A stretch of DNA of 64,000 nt, from NCBI GenBank assembly GCA_013265495.1, contig MU061537.1, forward strand, positions 434,001 to 498,000, in the 5' to 3' direction. The notes beneath the pieces are model-generated. The model did not search any database, was not told the DNA's origin, and saw only the letters and a program-made list of their open reading frames with translations. Positions 34,480 to 46,900 of this stretch are shown here, one piece after another. Each line of letters starts with the position of its first letter. Position 1 is the first letter of the stretch. Source of the stretch: Vicugna vicugna (Eukaryota). Both the position numbers and the translations under genes were made by a program.

Positions 34480-35050
34480 ATGCACAGATGTTTACCGAGT
34501 ACATAGTGTGTGCCAGGCACTGTTCTAGGTGCTGTATATGTTACTGGCAAGGCCACTGGCTTCTTGGAGCTCACCCTGCTGGGGAAAGACAGACAATAAT
34601 TGGCTATATATATATATATATAATTTCAGAAGTGGCAAATGCCCTGAGGAAAATAAAATAGGATGTTGGAGAGAAGAGGTGCCGGGGGCATAGCATTTGG
34701 AAAGGTCGTTGGGGAAGGCTTCTCCAAGGAATGACGTTGGAGCTACCCCAGAAGGAACCAGCAATACTACTATCAGGGGAAGTCATTTTCCAGGCAGAGG
34801 GGACAGCTTAAGCAAAGGTCCTGAGGTGGGGCTGGGCTTGACCTGTTCAATAGGAAGAAGGTGGAACAGAGAAAAAGGTTGGTGTGGCTACAGCAGCGTG
34901 AGGGGATGGGGGTGAGGGGTAATAGTGGTGGGATGGACCAGGAGGGAAGCTCAGGTCAGACCATGCACGAAGAGCTTTGGGGGCCATGTTAAAAGTTTTG
35001 ATTTTATTTTATTCTAAATATAATAGGAAGCTATTGAAAGAAGGCACTGA
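34480..35050 (-). mobile_element. L2 LINE 3' remnant
   Basis: tgtttaccgagtacatagtgtgtgccaggcactgttctaggtgctg...cattttccaggcagaggggacagcttaagcaaaggtcctgaggtggg typical of L2. Confidence 0.7.
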
Positions 35051-35499
35051 ATGGCTTGCCTGCCTCAGCCTCTTTGTCAAAGCCTTAGAAGGGCTCCCTT
35101 GTTGAGATCTTGTCGCGATCTCGGCACTTAGGGGATGTATGTGGGGTTGACGGCGTTGAGATAGAACGTGGCTCAGACCCACTTGCTGTAAGTCACGGCC
35201 AGAATGTCCCTTTGAGGAGGACAAAGTGGACCCCAGAGTGTGTGTAAACCCCTGCAGTTGTACACTAATTCTGTGCGTGTGTGTGTGTGCTGTATTCTTG
35301 GGAAGAACCCAGGCTTTATCAGATTCTCAGAGGAGTCTCTGTAACTGAAAGGAGATAGAAAAGGAGCCTACAGACAGGTACGCTTGCGCATGTGTGCACC
35401 ATCTTAGTAAGTTCACAGCATCTGGCCGAAGGTTGGGGAGGACCCGGTAGGGAGAGGCAGGAGGTGCTTTTCACTGTGTACTATGTGCTTTACCTATTT

Positions 35500-35780
35500 A
35501 TTTATTTACTTACTTACTTACTTATTGTTATTTTTTTGTTTCTTGTTGGGGGAGGTAATTAGGCTTTTATTTATTTATGTATTTATTTATTTTTAATGGA
35601 TGTACTGGGGATTGAACCCAGAGCCTCTTGAGTGCTAAGCATGCACTCTACCACTGAGCTATACCTTCCTCGCTATTTTTTTTCAGTTGAAGTATAACTG
35701 ACTTGCAATATTATTACATTAGTTTCAGGTGTACAACATGGTGATTCAGTGTTTTTATACATTACAAAATGATCACCACA
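35500..35780 (-). mobile_element. Vic-1-like SINE (about 35500-35670) next to a short L1 3' fragment (about 35676-35780)
   Basis: Reverse complement of the tRNA-Ala head; (TTTA)n tail; near-identical flanks GCTTTACCTATTT and GCTTTTCCTATTT. Confidence 0.75.
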
Positions 35781-38700
35781 GCTTTTCCTATTTTTAAAAA
35801 TCTACTTCAGTGTAAAGGACTGAAGCTGGATAAGAAGGGATAGGGAACAAAAGTCTCAGTGTGGCCAGGGCGGGGCAGTGACACACCCACTGGTCCTAAC
35901 TTGACTTACCCCGCCCCTAACCTGTGCTCACAGCCCTCGGCTCTGAAGAGCTTGTCCCAGAGAGGCAGCGGGTCCCCGGCAGGAGGGCGCCGCTGCTTAG
36001 TGAGAACTGACTGCACTGCTTTGGGAGAGTGACCAGAACAGATTCCGTGGCGGTGGCCTTGCTCAGGAAGCCACTGTCCTCTCCTCTGAGACCTACACCT
36101 TCACGGAGAGAGGCCGGGGCCCCTGGAGCTTGGCACACTGCTGACTCCGCCAGGAGCTCTGGGCTCAGATCTGAATGTATCTCTCAGCTGCTCTTAGGAA
36201 GGGTCCATCCCCAGCATCTTGGTCATTTAGCTTTGAGTAAAATTTCCCTTGCTCTGCCTGGCATTCATGCCCAGCCCTAGCCAGGCAGATGGAGGCTGAG
36301 ATGGGGATGTTTTCTCTAATTCTGTCCAGAATCTTGGCTTAGATTTGCTTTGCCTCCACACAGATAGGTCTGGCCCGGCCTCCAGGACCCACCCGTTCTC
36401 AGCGATCAGCCAGTGGGCAGTGACCTGCCTCCCTGGGGTGCTCAGATCCCCAGTAATCCCAGGTCATGAGTCAAGAAGTGGAATCAGCTGCTGATGACAG
36501 GTCCCTGGCAGGGTGCTGAGCAGGCCAGGGCCTCCTGGTCCACACTTGGGGAAGGTACCAGGGTGCTTTGTGCAGGCCGATTAAGCCACAGAGGCGCTCT
36601 CCTGCTGGGGGAAAATTCAGACCATTCAATAGCTTCCTCCTGGGGCCCGCTTTGAGATGTCAGCACAGGCACTCAGACTTGTGTAGCCAAATAGAACTTC
36701 ACTGCTCAATCTTCTAACCCCAGATTAAATCATAATACCAGTCAGTATTTACTTATTTACTTTGGGCCAGGCACTGTTCGCTTAAAGACCATGTGTGTCA
36801 TCTCAAACCCCCCCAGAGCCCCAAGGTGGTGGCAGGGTCATAGCCCCGTCTCACTCCTGGCCAGGCAGCTCACTGCAACCTGGGCTCCTTCCTCGCGCCC
36901 TCAGCTGCGTGTTACTTCTGAGAAAAGCATGAGCTCCTCCTGCTGGGGTGCTGGCTGTGAAAACCAACGTGGGGCGTACCAGTGCTCTTCCCTGCCCCAG
37001 TGGCTCGTAAAGGAGCCAGGAAGGTACTGGGCCGGCGGTCGGGGGACCTGGGTTCTGGTTCCAGTTCTGCTTCCAAAGTCAAGCACTTGGTATCATCTCC
37101 TGCCTCATTTTGCTCATCTGGTAAATGGAAGTAATGTCTGCCATTCTACCCCTACTTTACAAGGTTTGTGGGGAAAGATCAGATGAAATGTTGAATCTGA
37201 AAAGCCCTTGGAGACGTGGAAGCTCTGTGCACGGTGAGGAACTGGGGCCGAGGCGTTCCTCTTACCCTCTGTGGCCTGGTGTTTCCCTTTCTGAGATGAG
37301 GATGGGGCCTGAACCCCTCCTCATGCCTCCTAAACAGTCGCCCTCTCTGCGGGCGCCCCTCCTGTGGCAGCAGGCCCCTCCCTGTGGTGGGAGGAAAGCC
37401 AGACAGCAGACTGAACTGCCTTCGGGGAGCTGAGGTGGGGCCAGAAAACACAGGCTGCTCAGAAATGGTTTTCCTTCTGATGCTGGTCCTGGGCTGGCAG
37501 GCAGCGCTTCAGAGGAGACGCTCGGGGAGCGACCCCCAAATGGCTGTGCACTCTTTAAAGGATGTAATTGAGCACCTACTGTGTACCACACACTGGAAGA
37601 CTGAGCTTTCAAATGCAAGGCATTTGAGCTCTCAAGGGCAAGGTGGATGCCCTGCTGGCGAGTCGAGGAGTTCCCTGTGCACTGACAGAGGAGCAGAGCC
37701 AAGAGACTGTGTGGGCCTGTCTGGGAACATGGAGTGAAAAGAATCAAGTTGGAGCAGCAGCTCAAGCCAGACCAGGCGGCTGGGGAGCCAGGCGCAGTCC
37801 CCGACTGAACATGAGGCCACTGATCAGGGACCAACGTGCTTTGCGGCTCCAGGAAGAGCAGTAGGCCCCTTAGAGCCCCAGAAATCTCACCGGGGCCAGT
37901 GACCACAGCCAGAGTCCAGGCACATCTGTGCATCTAGGGGTGGGTGACCCTGGGGCTGCGGTCAGAGCCGGGAGATGGTGACCTCCTGCCCAGCCCGCGC
38001 TTTCCCGGCAGTGAGCCTCCGCCCTCTCGCTTCTGACGTCAGGGCCTTGGTATGTACAGTCTTTCCTCTTGTCCTGGAACAAGATGCCTGCTGGACTGAG
38101 GTACCAGTTCTTTCTCTCACCTTCAGCCGCTCTTGGAGCTTGCTTACCCCAGAAATTAAACATTTCCTTTTCAGTGTGTGTTCCCAGTTCACTGGGGCCA
38201 CCAGCTTAGTGGACATTTCTAAGCATTTTGTTAATTTCCCACTCAGCTTCTGCCGCACGAGCAGTGACTGAAATTTTACCATGTCGTCCTCAATGCCAGT
38301 GCCTGCAGGGGAAACCAAGAAGTGTAAGGCAAGCGCCTGCTCTTGGGAATTTATAATCTAATTGTTGAAAACTGAATAGCGTAAAGGTGCAGTCTGCCGA
38401 CAGCCCACCTGCCAGGAGCCGCTGGGATGCGGTGCCAGGTGCAGCTGGAGCGGGAGAGGTCGTGCAGGACCAGCGTCCGTTTGTGGCGGAGGTGGCATTT
38501 CAACCGACCTTGAAGGATGAGTGGGACGTCAGGGATGGGAAGAAGGAGAGATGGCATTCCACGGATGCCAGGAGCAAAGTGTCACTCGTTTGCCTTGGTC
38601 ACTGTCACTGGGATCCATGCAGGCGGGGTGAAGAGCTTAGTCAGGTGGGGCTCTTAGAGTGGACGAGGACACAACTATGCGAGGAACGGGAAGTCTTTGA

Positions 38701-41700
38701 GCTAAGTGGACTGGACGTCACGTCCATGACACGATCTGTGATCTAAGTCTGGGCTTGCCAGAAACTGCCACAGTCTCTTCACCTGTAAAACAAAAGGAGG
38801 CGAAAAGGCCTCTGAAGTCTGCTCTGGGATGAGAGGGAGGGAGTAAGGGTGATCGTAGGACTCTGAAGAACAGTCCCAGCAACAGGAGGTGAGAAGTCAG
38901 GAGGGAAGGCAGGTCTGGGGAGAGGACTTCAGTTTTAAGTAAATCAAGTGGACCCTTTCATGCCCTTCCTTTGACTGGGTCTGGTCGGAGCTGCCACGGG
39001 CTGATCTGTTCCTAGTCTTTCAGGGGCATCCACTGCTTCCCTCCCCTGGGAGAGAGAGACTCTGCTCCGTCAAGGCCAGAGCAAGGAAGAGGAACCGGCC
39101 TCTGCTGCAGGAGATCTGTCAGCTTCGCCCTCAGTGAATATTCAAACACCTTCTCCATCACCAGCACAGTCTCTCTAGGAAGCGTGTGGCTGCCAAGTGC
39201 TGGCAGGTGAGGGCAGGAAACCCCTAAATTGATAATTAAGTTTCCACTGCCCCAGGGGAAGGGGCATTTGAAGCAGAAATGAGGTTGTTAGTGAGAAATG
39301 AGTGTGGTTCCTGCATATCTGGGTCGGGGGGGACCCAAATGAGTACCTGGTTCACAGGCACGCTTCCGAGGAGTGGCCCTCACCTATGAGTGTGCATAGA
39401 ACCCCCGCTGAAGCTCAGGAACAAGAGCACCCAGACTGGGGAACAGGCACCTGTATTTTAATATCCCCGCGGGCAATTGTCAGACACAACCCAGTGAGGG
39501 ACTCCCGGGCCGAGAGAGCTGCCAGGGCCAGGGATTTGGGCCAGGGGGAGAGGTGGGCAGAGGAGGTCCTGGGAGGCCAGGGGCTCACTCAGAGAGAGAC
39601 TAAACTGGGGCGTGGAGGATTTCAAACTCAGAGGAGAGGGATGGACAAGGGCATTTCAGGCCAGGAGGCACACAGGCCCCAGCCAGGGGCTGGGCCTGTT
39701 TGGGTGGTGAAGCTGGAGGGTGGCGGCTGCCAGAGGGCAAGGCTTTGATTGCCTAGCTAAGAGCTGCCAGGAGCTGGGAAGGCTGTGAGCAAGGAAGACC
39801 ATTTCCAGCACTGGGAGAAGATATGGTCCCCTGTTTTCCCACGTGGGGCCCTCAAGGTCTCTGAGATGAGCCTGGGCCTCTGGTCAGAGGGGCAAGCCCG
39901 CACCGCCTCCTGCACCAACTCATGTTTCCTTCGCAGCGTGTCCTGACTCTTCCATTTCTGACTTCAAGTCCTTGGTATGTATGAAATTCTTGCCTCTCCT
40001 TTGGCTGCCCTGCCCGCCTCTCTGGCCGCAGTTTTGAGTTTTGTACCCTGATTTCTACCCTTTTATGTCTGCCTTTTTTAGGCCTTCAGCATAATCTGTC
40101 AAGATTAATTTGACACCAAGCTGGCTTTCTCTAGAAAGTCAGGGAGACTTCTAGGCACAAGAGCAAGATTCATGTGGGAGAATTACCATGGCCCCTTCCT
40201 TTGTCTAGTCCTGGGGTTATGGTCCTCTGTCCCCAGCTTCTTCCACTAAAGAAAGAAGCCATTTCTTGAGGCTCAGGTGGTAGAAATAACTTGCTGAGAT
40301 TCCGGCCTGTGGAACCCGGCTCGCCTCCTGGTTTCCTGTTCTGCTCTGAAAGGGATGCCTTCTTCAGACCACAAGTGGGGTCTGCATCACCTCCAGCGCA
40401 TGCCTCTCTGCACACCTCCGCTCTGCTTGGAGAAATTCTTAATTTACTTCTGGAATTAGGTGAGGGGTTAGAAATTGGGCCCAATTATCTCATGGACCTT
40501 TATTCTCTGTAGGAGCCTCTTTGTGGGGGGAGATGGGTTTCTGCCACCTTTCTTACTTGGGACAAAATGCACTACTTCCTGCTCTTAATTCACATCTGCA
40601 GTTGATCTTGGAATTGGTCACAGTACCATGTGTGGCCAGTACATTAAGTGCAATTCCAGACTCAAGAACAAAACAATAGGTTGCTCTGTTTTCTCAAAAT
40701 GCTTGGCGTCCTTAAGCCTCACCCCACTCCCCCCAGGCAGTGCCGGCCCCTCTTTCTGTGGCTCTGGGAAGAAGTCTTCCCAGTGCATCTTGCCCTCAGC
40801 AGCTGCTGAACCTGTGCCCGCCCAGAGCACCTCACCTTCTGGTCCAGAGACATCAAGGCACAAGGAGCCTGCCAGGCTGGGAAGACATCACAGAACTCAG
40901 TCCTGGTGGTATATCTGCTGCCAGATTTCTTAGTGAGGAAGATAGGTTCTGCTTAGACAGCAACATAATTTATCCCCCCAGTCCCTGGCGCAGAGGCTGG
41001 GCCACCATGTCAGCTTCCTACGAGAACACATGCAATACGTGCTGTCGCCGGCAAGACCTTGCTGCGTCTTGCTGGGCTCTGAGGGGACGTCCTCAGCAGA
41101 GCGCTGGGCCTCGTGAGGAGACAGGTCTCAGGCTTCAGCCTTGAGTCTTGATCTACGCGGCATGTCAACTAAAATGTAAACCTCTTCATTAATCATAACA
41201 CTGACTGGCTTTTCTACATGACTTGACAGCTTCACACACACGCTATCATTTTTATTTTGGCTTTTAGGATAACCTGTGAAGTAGATAAACTGGGTACTGT
41301 TGTTACTCAAATTTTAGAAATAAGAAGCCTGAAGCTTAGCATGTCCAAGGTCACACAGCTCCGGAATGGCAGAGTTGGGACGGAACCTGGATCAGTGATG
41401 GTCTCCCACACTTAATCTCTTTAGGACCCAGTGGCAGCGAGGACAGGACTCTGGGGGCTCCCCAGGCCCTAGGAGCTGAGACGGAGCTGTGGCTTCCTGG
41501 GAATGTTCTCCAAGAGCCTAAGAGCAGGGCTGAGTGGAGGCTTGTTTCAGAGGGAGGGGTCCTGGCTAATTGGCCCCTATCCCTGGTGATGGGTACAATT
41601 TTTTAAAAAATCTATAAATTGGTTGAGACTATCACAGAGGAAGAATAGCATCTGAAAATCTTCCCAATTTGGCAAATAATATTCTCAAACATTCTGGAGG

Positions 41701-44156
41701 CCTAATCCAGAAGGTCTAGTTCATGGCCATGTTTCCCAAATATATATGTAAGACATGTACATGAGTTCAAACCACTTAACATAGTTGTCACAGTACTGAT
41801 AATTTTGTAAACTTAATGGCTGCCAAGGTTATATCTGATCAGTGCATTCAATTCTATAAACATTTACTGAGCACCTCCTGTTTCTCTGGAATGCCGATGG
41901 ACAGACAGACATAGGGCTCAGGTGGTACTGAGGCAAAGTCTGTCACCAAGGATCCCAGGACCTTCCGGAGAGGCCTTGGAAGATTGAAATATGGAAATCA
42001 AATCAAGAGGAATCCTGGCTTTGGGAGTTTCTGACTGAATCTGAAGTCTCCAGAGCAGTAACTGGGAGACCAGGATGCCCCATCCACGTCTTGGTCCTCA
42101 TCTTTCCAAATGGGTCACATCCTGTTTCTTCACCATTTCGTCATCCGAGAGCCAGCTCCGCCAAAATGGGGCGAGTCAACAACCAGAAAGTCCTGGAACG
42201 TGGCCAGAGCTGACCGCTTCTCATTCACGGCTCATCCCACAAGCATTTATTAAGTGCCTACTCTGTGCAAGGCGAGGTGGTGGATGCAAAGGCAAACGTG
42301 GCCAGGGGTCCCCACCCTCTAGGTTCCTTGACAGGAATGGGTCACCATCGGCCATCCTCGTAAGTGTTGTGGGGAGTGAGCTAAGCAGGTCAGTGGTCAG
42401 AAGAATGGCATCAGTGAAAGAAAACAGTGCAGGACAACGTGACAGGACACTGGGAATCAACACTGGAGACCAGCCTGGTGTGTAGCGACTGGGACTAGAG
42501 CGGCTCTTCTAGAACAAAGGAGCTGAGCAAACCATGATTCCCAGAGGCAGAAAGGCAAACACCAGGCTTTCTGAACATGGGTGCTATGGCCACAGATCAA
42601 AAGACAGTTTCACATTCGTTTCCGGGCCCCCCCCACCCCGTGCACACTGGAGTTAGCATCGGCATTATCTTGGAGGGGGACAGCGTCTCACAGGAAACAT
42701 CAGTTTAAAATGTTAATTCAACACAAATAAAACTTTTTAATTTAGTACCGGGAAAAAAATTATTATGTGAACTCAGCTAAATTTCTCAAAAATTTTGCTT
42801 GCACAGCGACATACATAAGTAATAGCTTCTCACTGTCAGGTTTGGGGCAGATTACTGAGTTTCTCTTTGTGCCTTGTTTCCAAAGCTGTTAACGACGAGG
42901 ACTGCACTCAGGAAGTGCTATATACATGTCAGCCATTCTGACGATTACAGCCCTGGGTCAAGCTCAAGGTCAGGGGAATACTCGGCCTACCCCCTCTCTG
43001 TCCTTCATTTTTCCTGTCCCTGGAGATACTTCTGGGTGAACATCTACTTATTGCATAATCTTTTAAGAAATTTCTTTCTCCTCTCAAGATGGTGTCCACA
43101 AATTTTATCTGGCACTTTGCACATTGCTGAGGCATAGGAAATTCCTTTCTTTAGACAGTATTTTCAGACCAACAAATCATGGGAGGTGACAGCTGTAGTA
43201 AATCTCGTGGGATCTTTGGTCTGCAGCCACATCTTAATGGAAAGGACTATTTCTGACCTTCAGTTCGCGGCTTTACAAATGTCAAAGGCAGACCTTTCCC
43301 TCCTCCCAGGCTCCCTTCCCAATCTGCTGTCTTTGGTCACACCTTTTGGTCCTGCAGCTGGCCTCTTGGTTAGTAAGTGAATGCTAATGGGGAGTGACTA
43401 GGGGCACTGGAAGGTCTCTGACCTAAAATATCTTCCTCTGCCCCTGTGGGCTGGGCCTCTCTCGTCATCAGCATTGTATTCTGAAGTCTGAGCAAAGGGG
43501 CTTCCCCTCCAAATCCATGACTATAAATATGCCTCTGGTTAGAACTGCTTGTCACCAACAGTCCCAAGATAAACCGCCCCATCCGGAGGGGGCATTAACC
43601 CATTATCTTCCCAAGCTCTTTAGGAACATGAGACCAGGACTGAGGCTGTTTAAGGAGGCACACACTTGAGGCCTGCAGACAGATCTGAGCAACAGCCATG
43701 TTTTGTGGGACATACTTGGTGTCTTCAAGTTGTTCTGGTGACTGGTCCATGTTTTAAATCAAGGTTACTTTATAATGTCTCTTGAAAAATAAAAACTTAA
43801 AAATAGAAGCTCTAGCAACATTGTCCCGCATCCTCACAAAATAACAGGAGTCTCAGGTGTTCCCAGCAGCTTACCCACCACCCCATGGGCCTCTGAGCTT
43901 CGGTGAAAAAGTTGGAAAGCAAGCTGGGCACCTGGGACTCATTTGTCTGTTCTATAACATTCCATTTCAGATATTTCTGTTAACTCTACAAATACAAAAA
44001 ACAAAACACAAATACAAAATATGAAAAAATACAGATGACACAAAGTAGCCTTAAGTAGTCCTTGTCTCGAAAGTACTTAGGGATTTATTGAGAAAACAAA
44101 CTATGGATGTTAAACTTCAAATAAGGATATAATTCTCACATGTTAAAAGCATTTTA

Positions 44157-44590
44157 GGGGGAGGGTGTAGCTCAGTGGTAGAGTGTGTGCTTAGCATGCA
44201 CAAGGTCCTGGGTTCAATCCCCAGTACCTCCATTAAGTAATAAATAAACAGGGGGAAGGGTATAGCTCAATTGGTAGAGTGTATGCTCAGCACCCAAGAG
44301 GTCCTGGGTTCAATCCCCGGTACCTCCTCCCTGCAGAAATCAAGAAATAAACCTAATTACCTCCCCCTCATAAAAAACAAACAATACAAGCAAAACATGT
44401 GCTTTCATTGGCGGGGAGGGCATAGCTCAGTGGTGGAGTGCATGACTGACATAAATAAGGTCCTGGGTTCAATCCCCAGAACCCCCATTAAAGATAAATA
44501 AAACCTAATTACCTCCTCCCAAAAAAACAAAAATTAAAAAAAACTAATTGCCTCCCCCCAAAGTAAAAAAATAAGATATTCAATAAATAA
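44157..44590 (+). mobile_element. Three nested or tandem tRNA-Ala-derived SINEs
   Basis: Heads start at 44157, 44251 and 44413; CTAATT(A/G)CCTCC tail motifs at 44353, 44505 and 44544. Confidence 0.88.
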
Positions 44591-44591
44591 A

Positions 44592-45311
44592 GAAAAAATG
44601 CTCAATATCACTAATTATCAGAGAAATGCAAGTCAAAACTACAATGAGGTATCACCTCACACCAGTCAGAATGGCTGTCATTCAAAAATCCACAAATGAC
44701 AAATGCTGGAGAGGCTGTGGAGAAAGAGGAACCCTCCTACACTGCTGGTGGGAATGCAGTTTGGTGCAGCCACTATGGAAAACAGTGTGGAGATTCCTCA
44801 AAAGACTAGGGATAGCCTTACCGTATGACCCAGGAATCCCACTCCTGGGCTTGTACCCAGAAGGAACCCTACTTCAGGATGACACCTGCACCCCAATGTT
44901 CATAGCAGCACTATTTACAATAGCCAAGACATGGAAACAGCCTAAATGTCCATCAACAGGTGACTTGATAAAGAAGATGTGGTATATTTATACAATGGAA
45001 TACTACTCAGCCATAAAAACCGACAACATAATGCCATTTGCAGCAATGGATACTCCTGGAGAATGTCATTCTAAGTGAAGTAAGCCAGAAAGAGAAGGAA
45101 AAATACCATATGAGATCGCTCATATGTGGAATCTGAAAAACAAAAACAAACAAACAAACAAAAACAAAGCGTAAATACAGGACAGAAATAGACTCATAGA
45201 CAGAGAATACAGACTTGTGGTTGCCAGGGGGGTGGAGGGTGGGAAGGGAACAATAAAAAATGTTAAAAAAAAGAAAGAAAGAAAGAAAAAGAAAGAAAGA
45301 AAGAAAGAAAG
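44592..45311 (+). mobile_element. Young 5'-truncated L1 (ORF2 C-terminus and 3' UTR) ending in an A/(GAAA)n tail
   Basis: ORF 44626-45078 [19 protein letters not shown]...[18 protein letters not shown]...[22 protein letters not shown] is the L1 ORF2 Cys-rich C-terminus; AATAAA near 45252, then (GAAA)n. Confidence 0.93.
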
Positions 45312-45759
45312 AAAGGCATTTTATATTTTCCTTTCCCTCATCTCTTCCAGATAACATTTGCTTCCGTGAGTCCAGTACTTACCTCCCCAGACTGTCTGTC
45401 TCCAACTAGACCCAGCTCCCTGAGGCAGGAGACTGTATTCTGTGTCCTAGGCACCAGCGCAGAAAGTGCTCAAGAAATGTTGGGTGGGCACATCAGAGAC
45501 CCTGTTATTGGGTGGTGATGCAGGACAAGGTTGTGTAGGACACATTTTTATGCATTCGATGCAGGACAGCTATTTTTAAGTTTTTGTTTTTCAAGAGAAA
45601 TTATAAAATATCCTCTTTTAAAAATATTGACGGGTCACTGAAAAAAAAAAGCTTTAAAATAGATTAGACCTAACAATACACGACCGTGGTTTGTGAATAA
45701 ATGGCAAACAAAACTCAAAAAATAGTAATGACCAATTATTATCTAGTCTAGGTCAGCCC

Positions 45760-45781
45760 TACACACACACACACACACACA
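45760..45781. repeat. (AC)n microsatellite
   Basis: Read directly from sequence. Confidence 0.85.
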
Positions 45782-46269
45782 TAATTTATTTTTTAGCATA
45801 CATACTTGTGGTTAAAAAGTGAAACAACGTATAAACATAGAGTAAAAACCAAAAGCCTGTTTTTTTTTTTCCTCACCCAACCCCGCAACTCCTCCCCAGG
45901 TGTCGCCTCCAATTCCGAGTTTGGCGTGTATTCTTCCAGAAATAAAGGAATGGACAGACATATCTCTAAACCTATTCATATATATATCAGATTAACCCCA
46001 CTTTACAGATGAGGAAACTGCATCACAGAAAGGTTTAAGTATTCATCCAGGACCACATTGCTGACAAATACTAAGCTGAGATTCAAATCCAGATCGTCTG
46101 ACTCCTATGTCAGCGCATTCCTTCCGCTCTGCCCCGTGTGTAAAATTTTATGGATGAAGAAACCGAGGCTCATAGAGGTCCCTGAGCTGTCAGAACCACA
46201 TGTTCACAGCCTAACTTGGGAGAGGCAGAGATGGCTGGGCTCGCAGGAGAGGCTGCCTGGAGGAGAAGG

Positions 46270-46900
46270 CCTCGACGATGCGGATCTGGGGTCGGGCGGG
46301 ACCGTCTCCGCCCAGCAACGCCCAGATGTGGGGCCCGGCGCTCGCCCACGCCGCTCGGGTTCAGGAGCCACCCAGCCCCGTGGCGCCCCTCGCGGCCGCC
46401 CCGCCTGGGCAGCGCAGCGCTTGCACCGCCCACTCGGAGCCGGTCGGGAGGCCGGGGTCCTGGAGTCGCGAGCCCAGCCGGGCCAGGGGACAGTGCCCGG
46501 GAGCGGCGGCCGCCTCCGAACCCGGCCGGGACCCCCTCGGCTTCGCCCGCCACCCCACCCCCGAGCCGTCGGCGGGCGCCGGGCGGCGGTGGCCCTGGAG
46601 AGCCGGGGTTCGGGGTGGGCTGCCCCGACCCGGGGGCCGCCGAGGGGCGCGGGCTGGGCGCGTAACGGGCCGCAGTGGCCGCCGCGGAGAGAGGCTGTCT
46701 CGAGAGAGCGCCCGGGTGCAGAGGGGTTAACGGGCCGCCGGGGCCGCGCAGAGCAGGTACAGACCCTCCCTGGGATCCCCGGCCCCGGCCGCCCTCTCTC
46801 CCAGGTCCCGTTAGACCACCCGCCCTGCGCATCCGCGCCGCCCCGGTTCCCTGCGCCCTGCGGTCTTGCCCCAGCCACGACCCCGGCCCCAGCTCTTACA
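46270..46900 (+). promoter_or_regulatory. ADAMTSL4 CpG-island promoter with non-coding first exon (ends at 46756)
   Basis: Very high GC and CpG content; donor GAGCAG/GTACAG at 46756/46757; candidate second UTR exon acceptor at 47089/47090; third exon acceptor at 49228/49229 leads to the ATG at 49319. Confidence 0.75.

Noticed and set aside
37262..37933. 223-aa minus-strand ORF
   Set aside because: No recognisable homology or splice structure; overlaps repeat-like sequence; this length is plausible by chance in GC-rich DNA.
44626..45078. 150-aa ORF as a host gene
   Set aside because: It is the C-terminus of L1 ORF2 in a truncated copy, frameshifted near its end.
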